DNA of 64,000 nt from Malacoraja senta (lineage: Eukaryota). The notes beneath the pieces were generated by a model. The model was not told the origin of the DNA. It was given only the letters and a program-made list of their open reading frames with translations, and did no database searches. Where the stretch lies: the NCBI GenBank assembly GCA_038087875.1, contig CM075981.1:19282001-19346000 (forward strand). Direction: 5' to 3'. Shown one piece after another: positions 1 to 11,134 of the stretch (position 1 is its first letter; every line of letters begins with the position of its first letter). The position numbers and the translations under genes are program-made.

Positions 1-1059
1 AGCATTCAGTTTAGAAAAAAAATATTTTGGTACATATACTGGTATAGATTGAAATAGGTATAATAACTGTGGTAAGAAGCTCATTTTAATAGCATTTATT
101 CTGCCTATTAATGATAAAGGGAGTGTTTTCCAAAATTTTATCATTATATTAAGTTTATTTATTAAGGGTATAAAATTAGCATTGAATAAAGCTTTATGTT
201 TTCTAGTAATCTGTATACCCAGATATTTGAATTTTTCTGTTGCTATTTTAAAGGGGAATTTCAATAAGTGTGTGGATTCTTGAGGTTTTAACGTCATAAT
301 TTCACTTTTGTTCCAGTTTATTCTATATCCTGAAAAGGACCCAAATTCCTCTATTAAATTTAATAAATTTGGTATGCTCGTTTGTGAATTTGTTATATAT
401 AACAAAATATCGTCTGCATACAATGAAATTTTATTATTTGAGTCCCTAGTATTATAACCCTGAATATTCGGATGGCTTCTTATACTTTCAGCCAGAGGTT
501 CTATCATAAGGGCAAATAGCAGGGGTGATAAAGCACATCCCTGCCTATTACCCCTTGATAATTGAAATTTTTGAGATAACATGCTGTTAGTTAATATTCT
601 TGCCATCGGTTTATCATATAATAATTTCACCCATGCAATAAAATTCTCTCCCATATTAAATTTTTGTAATACTATGTATAAATACTGACATTCTACCTGA
701 TCAAATGCTTTCTCTGCGTCCAAAGAAATAATTGCTAAGTCTTTTTCTTCCTTTTTATGTGAGTACATTATATTAAACAGGCGTCTCAAATTATTAAATG
801 AATATCTTTTGGGTATAAACCCCGTTTGATCAGGGATTATCAATTTACTAATATATTTGCTTAGTCTTCTAGCTAAAGTCTTTGCTAGAATTTTCTGGTC
901 GGTATTTAAAAGTGATATAGCTCTATATGAGCCCGGTTCCTCTAGATCTTTATCTTTCTTTGGAATAAGCGTAATAGTTGATTCTGCTAATGTTTCAGGT
1001 AATTTATTTTCTTTAAAAACGTGAGTATATAAATTAAATAGATAGGGGGTCGTTATCTC
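1..1059 (-). mobile_element. L1-clade LINE ORF2 fragment (RT region), 5'-truncated, runs off window start
   Basis: Minus-strand translation gives EITTPYLFNLYTHVFKENKLPETLAESTITLIP, YRAISLLNTD, SLDAEKAFDQVEW, RQGCALSPLLF and SLYADD. Collinear with 63301-64000. Confidence 0.93.
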
Positions 1060-1685
1060 ACTAAAAAGACAATACGGGGAGAAAATATGAGGTACGAGTG
1101 TAAGCTAGCCAAGAATATAAAGCAGAATAGTAAAAGCTTCTTTAGGTATGTGAAGAGGAAAAAATTAGTTAAGACCAAAGTTGGACCCTTGAAGACCGAA
1201 AAAGGTGAATTTATTATGGGGAACAAGGAAATGGCAGATGAGTTGAACAGATACTTTGGATCTGTCTTCACTGAGGAGGACACAAACAATCTTCCTGATA
1301 TAGTAGTGGCCAGAGGATCTGGGTGACAGAGGAACTGAAGGAAATCCACATTAGGCAGGAAATGGTGTTGGGTAGACTGATGGGACTGAAGGCTGATAAA
1401 TCCCCTGGGCCTGATGGTCTGCATCCCAGGGTACTTAAGGAAGTGGCTCCAGAAATCGTGGATGCATTGGTGATAATTTTCCAACGTTCTATAGACTCAG
1501 GATCCGTTCCTGTGGATTGGAGGGTAGCTAATTTTATCCCACTTTTTAAGAAAGGCGGGAGAGAGAAAACGGGGAATTATAGACCAGTTAGCCTGACATC
1601 GGCGGTGGGGAAGATGCTGGAGTCATTTATAAAAGATGAGATAGCCGCACATTTGGATAGCAGTATCAGGATCGGTCCGAGTCAG
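1060..1685 (+). mobile_element. CR1 LINE ORF2 fragment, 5' part of a copy split by the DIRS element
   Basis: ORFs 1087-1326 and 1323-1715 contain KSPGPDGLHPRVLKE and NYRPVSLTS. CR1 homology stops at GPSQ and resumes at 6481 with (H)GFTKGKSC. Confidence 0.93.
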
Positions 1686-1917
1686 AATAGTAAGATTAAA
1701 CGAGAACTTACCTAAGTTTGAAGTTTGATCTTTATTTTATGAGGAGTTACGTAGGTGATTACGTGAAGAACCCCGCCAGTGCGCCTGCGCGTCAATCTTC
1801 AAAGCAGCGGTGTGAAATCACAAAAAACAACAACCGAAGTAATATAGTCTCATACTAAAATGAGTAAGACAAGAACTTCCATCTGACCTTTATGATAGAG
1901 GGTAGGGTCGTGGTGGG

Positions 1918-2030
1918 CACGTAATCACCTACGTAACTCCTCATAAAATAAAGATCAAACTTCAAACTTAGGTAAGTTCTCGTTTAATCTTACTATTTTA
2001 CTTCGGAGTCACGTGAGTGACTACGTGAAG
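1918..2030 (-). repeat. DIRS-A internal complementary region (ICR)
   Basis: 1918-1997 is complementary to the right end (1686-1765) and 1995-2030 to the left end (6445-6480). It reconstructs the circle junction CTTACT-ATT-TTACTTC. Confidence 0.93.
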
Positions 2031-2199
2031 ATTTTAAAGCTTTGTGATTTCATGCCGTGGATCAATCCCGGCTTCTCACTGCATAGATTGACTCGGAACG
2101 AGAATAATCAATCATGCATTCATAATAACATTTGTACCACAAATGCAGTAATTCATTTCAATAATGAAATGAATCAGATCCCCTTTAAACCAGAGGAAT

Positions 2200-3061
2200 T
2201 TACACAGAACTTAAAATAGTTTCTGCAAACAACCCCGCATTAACAATAGGCCGATGGTAAAAATGTTGAAACATCAACTCATTGGACCACCCGGCAGCTG
2301 CGAGGATATGGTCGACGGGGCCGTCTTTTGCCCTGGCCACCGACATTTCTGCTGCCCTAGTCGAGTGAGACGTAAAAACATAAGTGTTAATACCAGCAGC
2401 TGTTAAGACTTCTTTTATCCATCTGGAAATAGTCTGTATTGAAACTCTCTTGTGTGGTTTCTTGTGTGTGATCAAAAACCCAGTTTCCGTATTCTCAAAT
2501 TCTTTGTGACCTCAATGTATTGTAATAAATATGTCTTCATACAGAGACATGGATCATTTGGATATGCTGCCAGCATAATTTTAAATCCTGTCACACCTGG
2601 CCTAATTTGCTTTAGTAGGTCATAGATATAGAATGTAACCTTGTCTTCAGTTACTTCCATACTGTCTATTTGTAATTCTCCAAGTGTTTGCACTCGTTGT
2701 GCTGTCACTCATGCCATAAACATGAATACTTTCATACTGAGCTTGACCAAAGGTAAAGACACACTTGATGACCATCACGAAGTAGTTTCAGTACCACACT
2801 TACATCCCAGATTGTCACGTACCTAGGTTTCGGTGGTTTGGAATTAAAGATTCCTTTCATTAGTCTGGAAACAATTGGGTGTGACCCAATTGAGTTTCTT
2901 TCTGAATCCAGAACCAAATATGAGGACAATGCACTTCTGGCTGAATTAATTGCACTACAACTCAGACCTTCATCATAATAAAGTTTTGACAGAAATTCTA
3001 AACATTTGAAATATCTGCAGTACTTTATTGCACATTCTTTTGTACCCAGAACTCTTCCCAT
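2200..3061 (-). pseudogene. DIRS-A tyrosine recombinase, fragmented
   Basis: ORFs 2732-3061 (SAINSARSALS, KPPKPRY), 2472-2708 and 2200-2475 (FTSHSTRA...AAGWS...FYHR, the catalytic H-x-x-R / W / Y region). Confidence 0.9.
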
Positions 3062-3178
3062 TTGTTAATATAAGAAAGGTACTGTTTTTGAGTGCTCTTC
3101 CTCCAGACTGCCGTAAGCATGTCCACAGTATGCTCAGACAGTCCTCGTCCCAGAAAAGGCATTCTTAAAACCTGCAAA

Positions 3179-3559
3179 TCAACAAATCCAAACGATCATA
3201 TAATGGATGTTGTTCCCCTGTACAGGGTGCAGCAATAAATTACTCTTTTTTGGGACTTTCATCAACATTTGTGTTGTTAATTCTAATATCAACAGATACC
3301 ATGGCTGTGTAGGCCAATCTGGTACTACCAATACCATTGAAGCAGCATCTTGCCTGATTTTAAGCAAACATTGTCTTATGAGGCAGAAAGGTGGAAAGAT
3401 ATATGAAAACATACCACCCCAATGTAGCGAGAAAGCATCAATCGCCACTGCTCCTGGATCTGGTTTCCATGAGACATATCTCGATAGCTGATGATTCAAG
3501 TCGATGTCGGTCATTCCAAATCTGATGACTATATCATTGAATACCTCTGGATTCAACAT
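3179..3559 (-). pseudogene. DIRS-A methyltransferase-like domain
   Basis: WKPDPGAVAIDAFSLHW...YIFPPF...LVVPDWPTQPWY at the position between RNase H and YR typical of DIRS1. Confidence 0.75.
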
Positions 3560-4912
3560 CCATTCTTTATTATCATGGAACTTTTCGTGACCTGGTGTCT
3601 GCTATCGTTCATTCTACCTGGTAGATAGATAGCTGAAATCCAAATGTTCTTTTCAATACACCAAGCCCAAAGTTGATTAACCATTTTGTCACAAGACACC
3701 GACTTAATTCCACCCATATCATTAATATAAACAACTACTGTTGTGTTATCAATTTGAACTTGAACATGCTTATTAGTTGTGTTAGAACAATAAGCTTGGA
3801 GCCCATAGAAACATCCTAGAAGTTCCAAATAGTTAATTCCCCATGTCTGCAGTAACAATGACTCTTCCTGATTCCATCTGCCTCCTCAGCTAGATGTTAA
3901 GTCAGTTGCACCCCATCCTGGTGCACTGGCATCAGTTTGTAATATCATGGAAGGTTGTTCAATCAGCACTTTGCTGGAACTGCTTGAGACATGTAGAATC
4001 CACCACTGCAGATCAGAAACAGCATTTGTTGTTAGTTGCATGGTTCTATCAAAATGACCAACATGCATTCTCGGTGCCTGTTCTTTAAGTCTCTGCAGCT
4101 GTTGATAATGTAATGGTCCGAATTGGACTGCTGGGAATGCTGCTACTAATTTTCCCAGTACACGAGCCACCTGTCTAATTGAAGGTTTTTGCTCGTTTAG
4201 GAGATTACTGCAATCTTTAATCAAATCCACCTTTTTCCCTGGGCAAAGTAATATTCATTTGGACTGAATCAATTGTGAACCCCAAATAATTAATAGAGGT
4301 ACATGGTGTTAACCTAGATTTCTGTGGATGAATTAGAAACCCCAAATTTTCAAAAGTTGATTTCACAACTGCAACAGATACTTCTGTTGACTGTTTTGTC
4401 TTTCCTATAATCAAGACATCATCCAAATATGCCATTAGTACATGCCCCTGGCTACCGAGTAAGCCCAGAATTGGTTTTAACAATTTTGTGAATATTCTGG
4501 GTGCAGATATTAACCCATTAGGCAGAGCTTTGAACTGCCACAACTGGTTCATCCATTTAAATTTAAGATACTTCCTATCTTCTGAATGAACAGACACTGA
4601 ATAATATGCATCTTTCAAGTCTATAGTTGCCATATAACATGCTTCTGAAATAAGCTGTTTGGCAGTCACAAATGTTTCCATTTTAAAATGTCTAAATTGC
4701 ACAAAAGGATTCAGATTTATCAAATCTACAAGAATCCTACATCCTCCATCCTTTTTTGATCGAGGGAATATATTTGACACAAATTGGTGACTTTGGTAGA
4801 CTGATTTTTCAATAACCCCTTTTTTATATAGGGTTTCAATTGCAACCTGAACCTCCATCACTTCTTTTTGTACAAAGTGCAGAGTTCGGCTAGGAACATG
4901 CTGAACAGGCAA
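3553..4912 (-). pseudogene. DIRS-A reverse transcriptase and RNase H, frameshifted
   Basis: 4217-4912 has IDLKDAYYSV, LPNGLISAPRIFTK and YLDD. 3886-4230 has LQTDASAPGWG. 3553-3858 has INYLEL and QIDNTT. Confidence 0.93.
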
Positions 4913-6292
4913 ATCATAATTTGGATTGAATTCAATTCGAAACCTTGTATATTATTCAGGATTACCACATCTGAAGTAATTTTCTTCCAATTATTATAGA
5001 AGAAATGTAACCTGCCTCCAACTTTTGGACTTAATCCAGTTAGTATGTTCCCATGAGAACCAGGTCCACCTACCTCTTGAGTCATTTGAGTACCCTGAGA
5101 TTCCTGGGTTCTCCCGGAAGCACACCCACTGGTTCTTGCTCCCGCTGCAGGCCGCCAACTACGTCCCTGCGTTGATGAGCGACTTGGTCCAGGATCCGTA
5201 TGATGTCTGAAAGGATACTTCCTCTTTACAGACTTCACAACCATTGATGTCTTCATCAATCCTGTTTTCGCTTCATCTTCCAACTCTTTAATACGTCTCC
5301 CGAGATCTCTCCAAAGAGTAAGTTGGGTAATTTGTATATTACTTGGTTTGCAGAGTGCTGCGAATTTCGGATTCATAGTAGACCGTATAGCACTTCTCGA
5401 AGTGGGTGCTGCATAGCAACCCCAGTGCTTGCTGATGCAACTTCGTCATCTTTTGGTTGTTACCTGCTATTCTGGTAAAAGCAGTTATTCCAGAACCCAG
5501 CAGCTTTAATATTCTCTGCAACTGATTCCAGATACTCTTGCAGTCTCATCCATTTCATGCTGTTCCAGCTAATGGTAAACCAAGTAATTTATTAAGGAGG
5601 CCAGTTCTTCCTAATGGCTCTCCTGACCCTGACGGGGCAGCGAATCCTACTACCAGGGGTGGAACATCTGGCAGCTGCCTTTCATCGCCTTGTACAGCCT
5701 CACCGTCAGAGTCGGGGTCTGAAATCTCATGACCCGTAGCACGCTCCTCATTCCTGAGGGTGCATTCCATCAGCCCTGAGCCAGGTGCTGTTAAGCTGCT
5801 CCTGCAGCTTGGATTACAGTACACTCCTTCCTGAGTGAACTTTTGCTCCAACAACCTATAAAAAAGGCTTCTATTTGGGCAATACGCTCGAAAGCAGTAT
5901 CTAGCCCTGTACCAGGAGCTGTTTGAGCTGTTTCCAGCAGCTTGGCTTTCAGAACACTCCTCCCTGAGTGAACTTTGCTCCAACAGCCTGTGTAAAAGGC
6001 TTTCTATTTGGGCAATACGCTCTAAAGCAGTATCTAGCCCTGGAGCTTCTTCATTGCCTGGGACTCCCTCCGTTGGGATTTAAACTTTGTCTTTTGCCCG
6101 ACAGGCGCTGACTGTGTTTTCACCAGCCCCAGGTCCACAGTCTCTATGCTCACCGCTGGCGACTGTACCGGGGTTTAGAGGCGGTTGGTCTCTAACCGCG
6201 GACTCCCGACTTTCCCGACTTCTGTCGGCTATGTCGCTCGCCTCTTCCCCCTGTCCGTTTTTTCCCATGGCGTCTGTGGAAAAAATCGCCAT
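4858..6292 (-). pseudogene. DIRS-A gag-like ORF remnants
   Basis: ORF pieces upstream of and overlapping RT (LWRDLGRRIKELEDEAK). Contains an internal 88-bp duplication (5821-5908 / 5954-6041). Confidence 0.6.
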
Positions 6293-6480
6293 AGACCCAC
6301 AGTAAACGGACCTGGAAAACCTGTAAAAAAGTTTTTACTTACCTTGTAGTTGAAAAACTACAAACCACTCGAGGAGCACTGCTCCTCACGTCCGTTTGCG
6401 TCAAGGCGTCTGACGTAATGACGCGCAGGCGCACTGGCGGGGTTCTTCACGTAGTCACTCACGTGACTCCGAAGTAAAAT

Positions 6481-7759
6481 GGATTTACGAAGGGGAAATC
6501 ATGCTGGACTAATCTACTGGAATTTTTTGAAGATGTAACTAGGAAAATGGACAAGGGAGAGCCAGTGGATGTAGTGTACCTGGACTTTCAGAAAACATTT
6601 GATAAGGTCCCACATAGGAGATTAGTGGGCAAAATTAGGGCACATGGTATCGGGGGTAGAGTGCTGACATGGATAGAGAAGTGGTTGGCAGACAGGAAAC
6701 AAAGAGTAGGGATTAACGAGTCCCTTTCAGAATGGCAGGCAGTGACTAGTGGGGTACCGCAAGGCTCGGTGCTGGGACCGCAGCTATTTACAATATACAT
6801 CAATGATTTGGATGAAGGGGTTCGAAGTAACATTAGCAAATTTGCAGATGACACAAAGCTGGGTGGCAGTGTGAACTGTGAGGAGGATGCTATGAGAATG
6901 CAGGGTGACTTGGACAGGTTGGGGGAGTGGGCAGAGGCATGGCAGATGAAGTTTAATGCGGATAAATGTGAGGTTATCTACTTTGGTAGCAAAAACAGGA
7001 AGGCAGATTACTATCTAAATGGCGTCAAGTTGTGTAAAGGGGAAGTACAACGGGATCTGGGGGTCCTTGTACATTAGTTTATGAAAGTAAGCATGCAGGT
7101 ACAGCAGGCAGTGAAGAAAGTGAATGGCATGTTGGCCTTTATAACAAGAGGAATCGAATATAGGAGCAAAGAGGTCCTTCTGCAGTTGTACAGAGCCCTA
7201 GTGAGACCACACCTGGAGTATTGTTTGCAGTTTTGGTCCCCTAATTTGAGGAAGGACATTCTTGCTATTGAGGGAGTGCAGCGTAGGTTTACAAGGTTAA
7301 TTCCCGGGATGGCGGGACTGTCATATGCTGAGAGAATAGAGCAGTTGGGCTTGTACACTCTGGAGTTTAGAAGGATGAGGGGATCTCATTGAAACATATA
7401 AGATTGTTAAGGGCTTGGATACACTAGAGGCAGGAAACATGTTCCCGATGTTGGGGAGTCCAGAACCAGGGGCCACTGTTTAAGAATAAGGAGTAAGCCA
7501 TTTAGAACGGAGACGAGGAAACACTTTTTCTCACAGAGAGTGGTGAGTCTGTGGAATTCTCTGCCTCAGAGGCTGGTTCTCGGGATACTTTCAAGAGAGA
7601 GCCAGATAGGGCTCTTAAAAATAGCGGAGTCAGGGGATATGGGGAGAAGGCAGGAACGGGGTACTAATTGGGGATGATCAGCCATGATCACATTGAATGG
7701 TGGTGCTGGCTCGAAGGGCCAAATGGCCTGCTCCTGCACCAATTATCTATTGTCTATTG
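6481..7759 (+). mobile_element. CR1 LINE, 3' part of the DIRS-split copy, including 3' UTR
   Basis: YLDFQKTFDKVPH, QGSVLGP, FADD and LVRPHLEYC motifs. Ends in a TCTATTG tandem tail. Confidence 0.93.
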
Positions 7760-7769
7760 AATCCTGACA

Positions 7770-8290
7770 ATAATCACAAGATCATGTGATGAGCAGAATT
7801 AGGCCATTTGGCCCATCAAGTCTACTCTGCCATTCAATCATGGTTGATCTATCTCTACCTCACACCCCCATTCTCCCCATAACCTCTGACACCTGTACTA
7901 ATCAAGATTCTATCTATCTCTGCCTTAAATATATCCACTGACGGCCTCCACAGCCTTCTGTGTCAAAGAATTCCACAGATTCTCAACAGAATTCCAAAGA
8001 AATTCCTTCCCTTCTCCTTTCTAAAAGAAAGTATTTTAATTCTGAGGTTATGACCTCTAGTCCTTGACTCTCCCACTAGTGGAAACATCCTCTCCATATC
8101 CATTCTATCCAAGCATTTCACTATTCTGTACCTTTCAATGCGGTCCTCCTCATTCTTCTAAAGTCCATTGAGTATAGGCCCAGTGCCGTCAAACGCTCAT
8201 CATATGTTAACCTATTAGTTCCTGGGATCAATCTTGTAAACCTCCTCTGGACCCTCTCCAGAGCCAGAACATCCTTCCTCAGATATGGTT
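7770..8290 (-). mobile_element. CR1 3'-end fragment
   Basis: Minus-strand YLRKDVLALERVQRRFTRLIPG followed by CR1 3' UTR. Confidence 0.8.
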
Positions 8291-8339
8291 CCGGAGGTGC
8301 TGCTGCAGCTGATGCCTTCCGGAGGTGCCCCTGAGAAGC

Positions 8340-8530
8340 CAAGGCCGGACCCTCATGGGCTGGGCCTCGTGGGCCGGAGCCTCGCTGGCTGAAGCGCGAG
8401 CCGGAAACTTGCGGGTCAAAGTTGGAGCCTCGCGGGTCGGAGGTTGAGTCTCAAGGGTTGGAGCCTGGGCCTCGCAGGTCAGAAGTTCACGGGTCAGAGT
8501 CTTGCGGGTCAGAGGTGGAGCCTCGCATGT
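8340..8530. repeat. Degenerate GC-rich minisatellite (GGAGCCTCGCGGGTC-like units)
   Basis: Repeated CCTCGCGGGTC and CTTGCGGGTC variants. Confidence 0.5.
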
Positions 8531-9005
8531 CGTCGAAGCCCCGCGGACAATGGTACCTCAGTCAGCGGAGCCCACGGTTGGGACCTGGGTCGGTGCCACG
8601 GAGGCCTCCGGAGAGGGTCCGGTGGTGATAATGGATAGGTCGATGCAGCAGTCGATGATGGCACCGACAGACCTATGAGGACGGACATGTGGAAGTGTGG
8701 ACGCCGCTGCGGAGGGAATTAACAAAGAACGACCTGGCATGAGGGGACCGCCATGAAGGAGGGGGAAGAACAATGGGACCCGGGCATGGGGAACCGCCGT
8801 GAGGGACGGGACAGAATGTAGAACCTGCCGTGTGGAGCGGCGGGGGGGGGGGGGGGGTAGAAAAACTGGGACCTGGCAATGGGGTACTTTGTAACTATGT
8901 AAGCACCCTTTAGTGGCGACTATTTGCATACCTTGGATGGGCAAGCAAACAATTTCACTGTGACTTGTCACGTGTGACAATAACGTGTTCAATTCAATTC
9001 AATTC

Positions 9006-9385
9006 ACAATATTCCAAATGTGGCCGGACCAACGCCTTGTTGAGCCTCAGCAGTCCATCCTTGTTTTTGTGTACAACCCCTCTTGAAATAAATACTAGCA
9101 TTGCATTTGATTTCTTTACTACCGATTCAACTTACAGATTAACTTTTTGGGAATCATGCACCAGCACTCCCAAGTCCCTTTGCACCTCCGATTTCTGCAT
9201 TCTCTCCTCATTTAGAAAATAGTCTACGCCTTTAGTCCTGCTACCAAAATGCAAGACTCCACTCTTTGCTACACTATATTCCATCTGCCACTTCTCTGCC
9301 CACTCTCCCTACCTATCCAAGTCCTTCTGCAGAGTCCCTGCTTTCTCTTCACTACCTGCCCCTCCACCAATTTTCGTATCATCTA
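9006..9385 (-). mobile_element. CR1 RT C-terminal fragment
   Basis: Sequence parallels other CR1 copies (aatattccaaatgtgg..., tttagaaaatagtctacgcc). Confidence 0.75.
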
Positions 9386-9399
9386 CATGCATGGCCACA

Positions 9400-9830
9400 A
9401 AGTCTTCAATCTTCACAAACAAATCAAAGCTGAATGGTAACTGTCACCGCCAGTTGCCGCCAGTTTGTTGGCAGGCTTCCTCCACAATCCAATTAGAGGA
9501 GGTGGGCGTTGCTTTATGTTTTCTCTGCAACATACTTGACCTCTCAGTGACTTGCTTGGCTCCCATTACATTTCTCAAATTTGCGCATTGAGGAATACAT
9601 GGAGCAGAATACCTGCTGGCAAGCACATATTTCTCAGGTCAACAGGAGGAAAGCCTCAATAGCATTACTTTGCAGAATGACACCTATGTCTGGCCCATAC
9701 AGAACCAAATATGACAACCTTTCCCTCTGATGACTCAAGAATGGCTGCAGGCAAAGGGAATGCAACGGCATGACATGGGGCATCCTTGATGCATTCCTGT
9801 CTCAAAGTGAAGGGCACTGTCCTCCCACAT
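9400..9830 (-). mobile_element. Highly degraded Tx1-like LINE RT fragment
   Basis: GMHQGCPMS motif, plus nucleotide similarity to the Tx1 copy near 53090 (gaggaagcctgcc...aactggc). Confidence 0.45.
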
Positions 9831-10218
9831 CCTGAAGATGTACAGATTTGTACGTTCATTGGCCTCTGTAAAATTGCTCCTAATGTTCAGGGAGTGGATG
9901 AGCGAGATTGTATAGAACTCGTGTGAACGAATGATCAATGGATGGCATGAACTCGTTGGGCCGAAGGGTCTGTTTCCATGCTGTAAAAATAAGCGAAGGC
10001 TGCTTTCAGGAGCCCGTTTACCATCACCAACAGAATCTTCACCTTGTTCCCTCCGTGGGCTCACTGTCTGATGCAGGAACTATGGGCCGGGTATCTCACG
10101 GAGCCGGGAGCCAGACGATGGGCCGCATGGCCTGCTCCTGTGCTCTGTGATTCTCCCAGCTCCGATTCCTCCTCCAGTCACTGAACTTTCCTGCTGACTG
10201 CCTCTCTTGTCTCCTCAG

Positions 10219-10536
10219 CTGGGACTGGGGCCGCCGCTGGCACCGTGACCGGAGCTCGGGGACACTCGGTCTCCTTACCTGCTGGGATCACAGTCCCACC
10301 GGACATTACGGAAGTTGTGTGGAGGCGGGCATCGCCCAGATTCAAGATAGCGGTACACTCGAATGGGAACATTAAATACCATAACGTCAATTACAAGGGA
10401 CGGGTAACTCTTCACCTTGGGAACTTCAGTCTGGAAATCCGTAATCTACGGGGAGAGGACGCTGGTGAATATGAGGTGTCTTTTGGAACAAGTTCAGGAG
10501 TTGAAACTCAGGCAAGAGTCCGACTGGAGGTGTACG
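10219..10536 (+). CDS. CD2/SLAM-family gene 1, IgV exon (cysteine-free V domain)
   Basis: Acceptor ctctcttgtctcctcag| at 10218, donor G|gtgagt at 10537, phase 1-1, 318 bp open. V-set motifs VVWRR, YKGRVTL, NFSLEIRNL and EDAGEYEV with no B-F disulfide Cys, as in CD2/SLAM V domains. Confidence 0.9.
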
Positions 10537-11134
10537 GTGAGTGAGACTGCCACAGAGGTCCCGGGATTCACCAGCTCCTGAACCCGTATAATTAATTGGT
10601 GAGGGCAGATCCTGTGCGTTCCCCAGTTTACTGAACCCCACTGACTGCCAGTGTGTGGAGTGAGGGTCACGGCCGTAGTGCAACTGGGGTAGTGCCAGGC
10701 TTGGGGACAGACCCACCACATCCCCGGAGACTGGGCCACGGGCCGCCAAGGAACAAACCGTCAACGGGGAACCTCGTAGCTCCGAGGCCGGAGGAGCTGA
10801 GCACATGGGGAGGGTGGAATGGATAGGGTGGGAGGGGTAGTTTAGATGGGCTGAACAGTCTGTATCTCTGAGACCTAGTTAAACAGACCCCACTGTATCC
10901 ACAGGTCAAAGGCCTTGTATGTCATGTTCAGGGTTCCCAGTTGTTCCATCTGTTTCCCACAGTTCTGCCTGTTCATTCCCAAGACTGCGGAGTGAGTTCA
11001 GCAAGGTTTTTATTCCTCAGCCTCCATGCTCTGCTTTGCTGAGTGTTGCCCTGTGTATTTATTCCACAGGATATGGTCCCAATGAGTGAGGCAGCACACG
11101 TACACAACAGCACACTCACACCCAGCAATATTGT

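Larger units (their letters stand above)
1686..6480 (-). mobile_element. DIRS1-type tyrosine-recombinase retrotransposon (DIRS-A), structurally complete, ORFs disrupted
   Basis: Left ITR 6419-6480 is inverted with 1760-1794. Right extension 1686-1765 is a perfect inverted repeat of 1918-1997 (ICR 1918-2030). Carries gag, RT, RNase H, MT-like and YR remnants. ATT occurs at both junctions. Confidence 0.95.

Noticed and set aside
9980-10160. Leader exon for gene 1 (ORF 9938-10150)
   Set aside because: No hydrophobic signal peptide or phase-1 donor. The sequence resembles SINE/CR1 tails.
10963-10991. Possible 29-nt micro-exon (TTTCCCACAG|...GGA|GTGAGT) between the V and C2 exons
   Set aside because: Its length is not a multiple of 3 and inclusion causes a stop in C2. 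It could be a poison exon, but splice-like motif pairs arise by chance and there is no other support.
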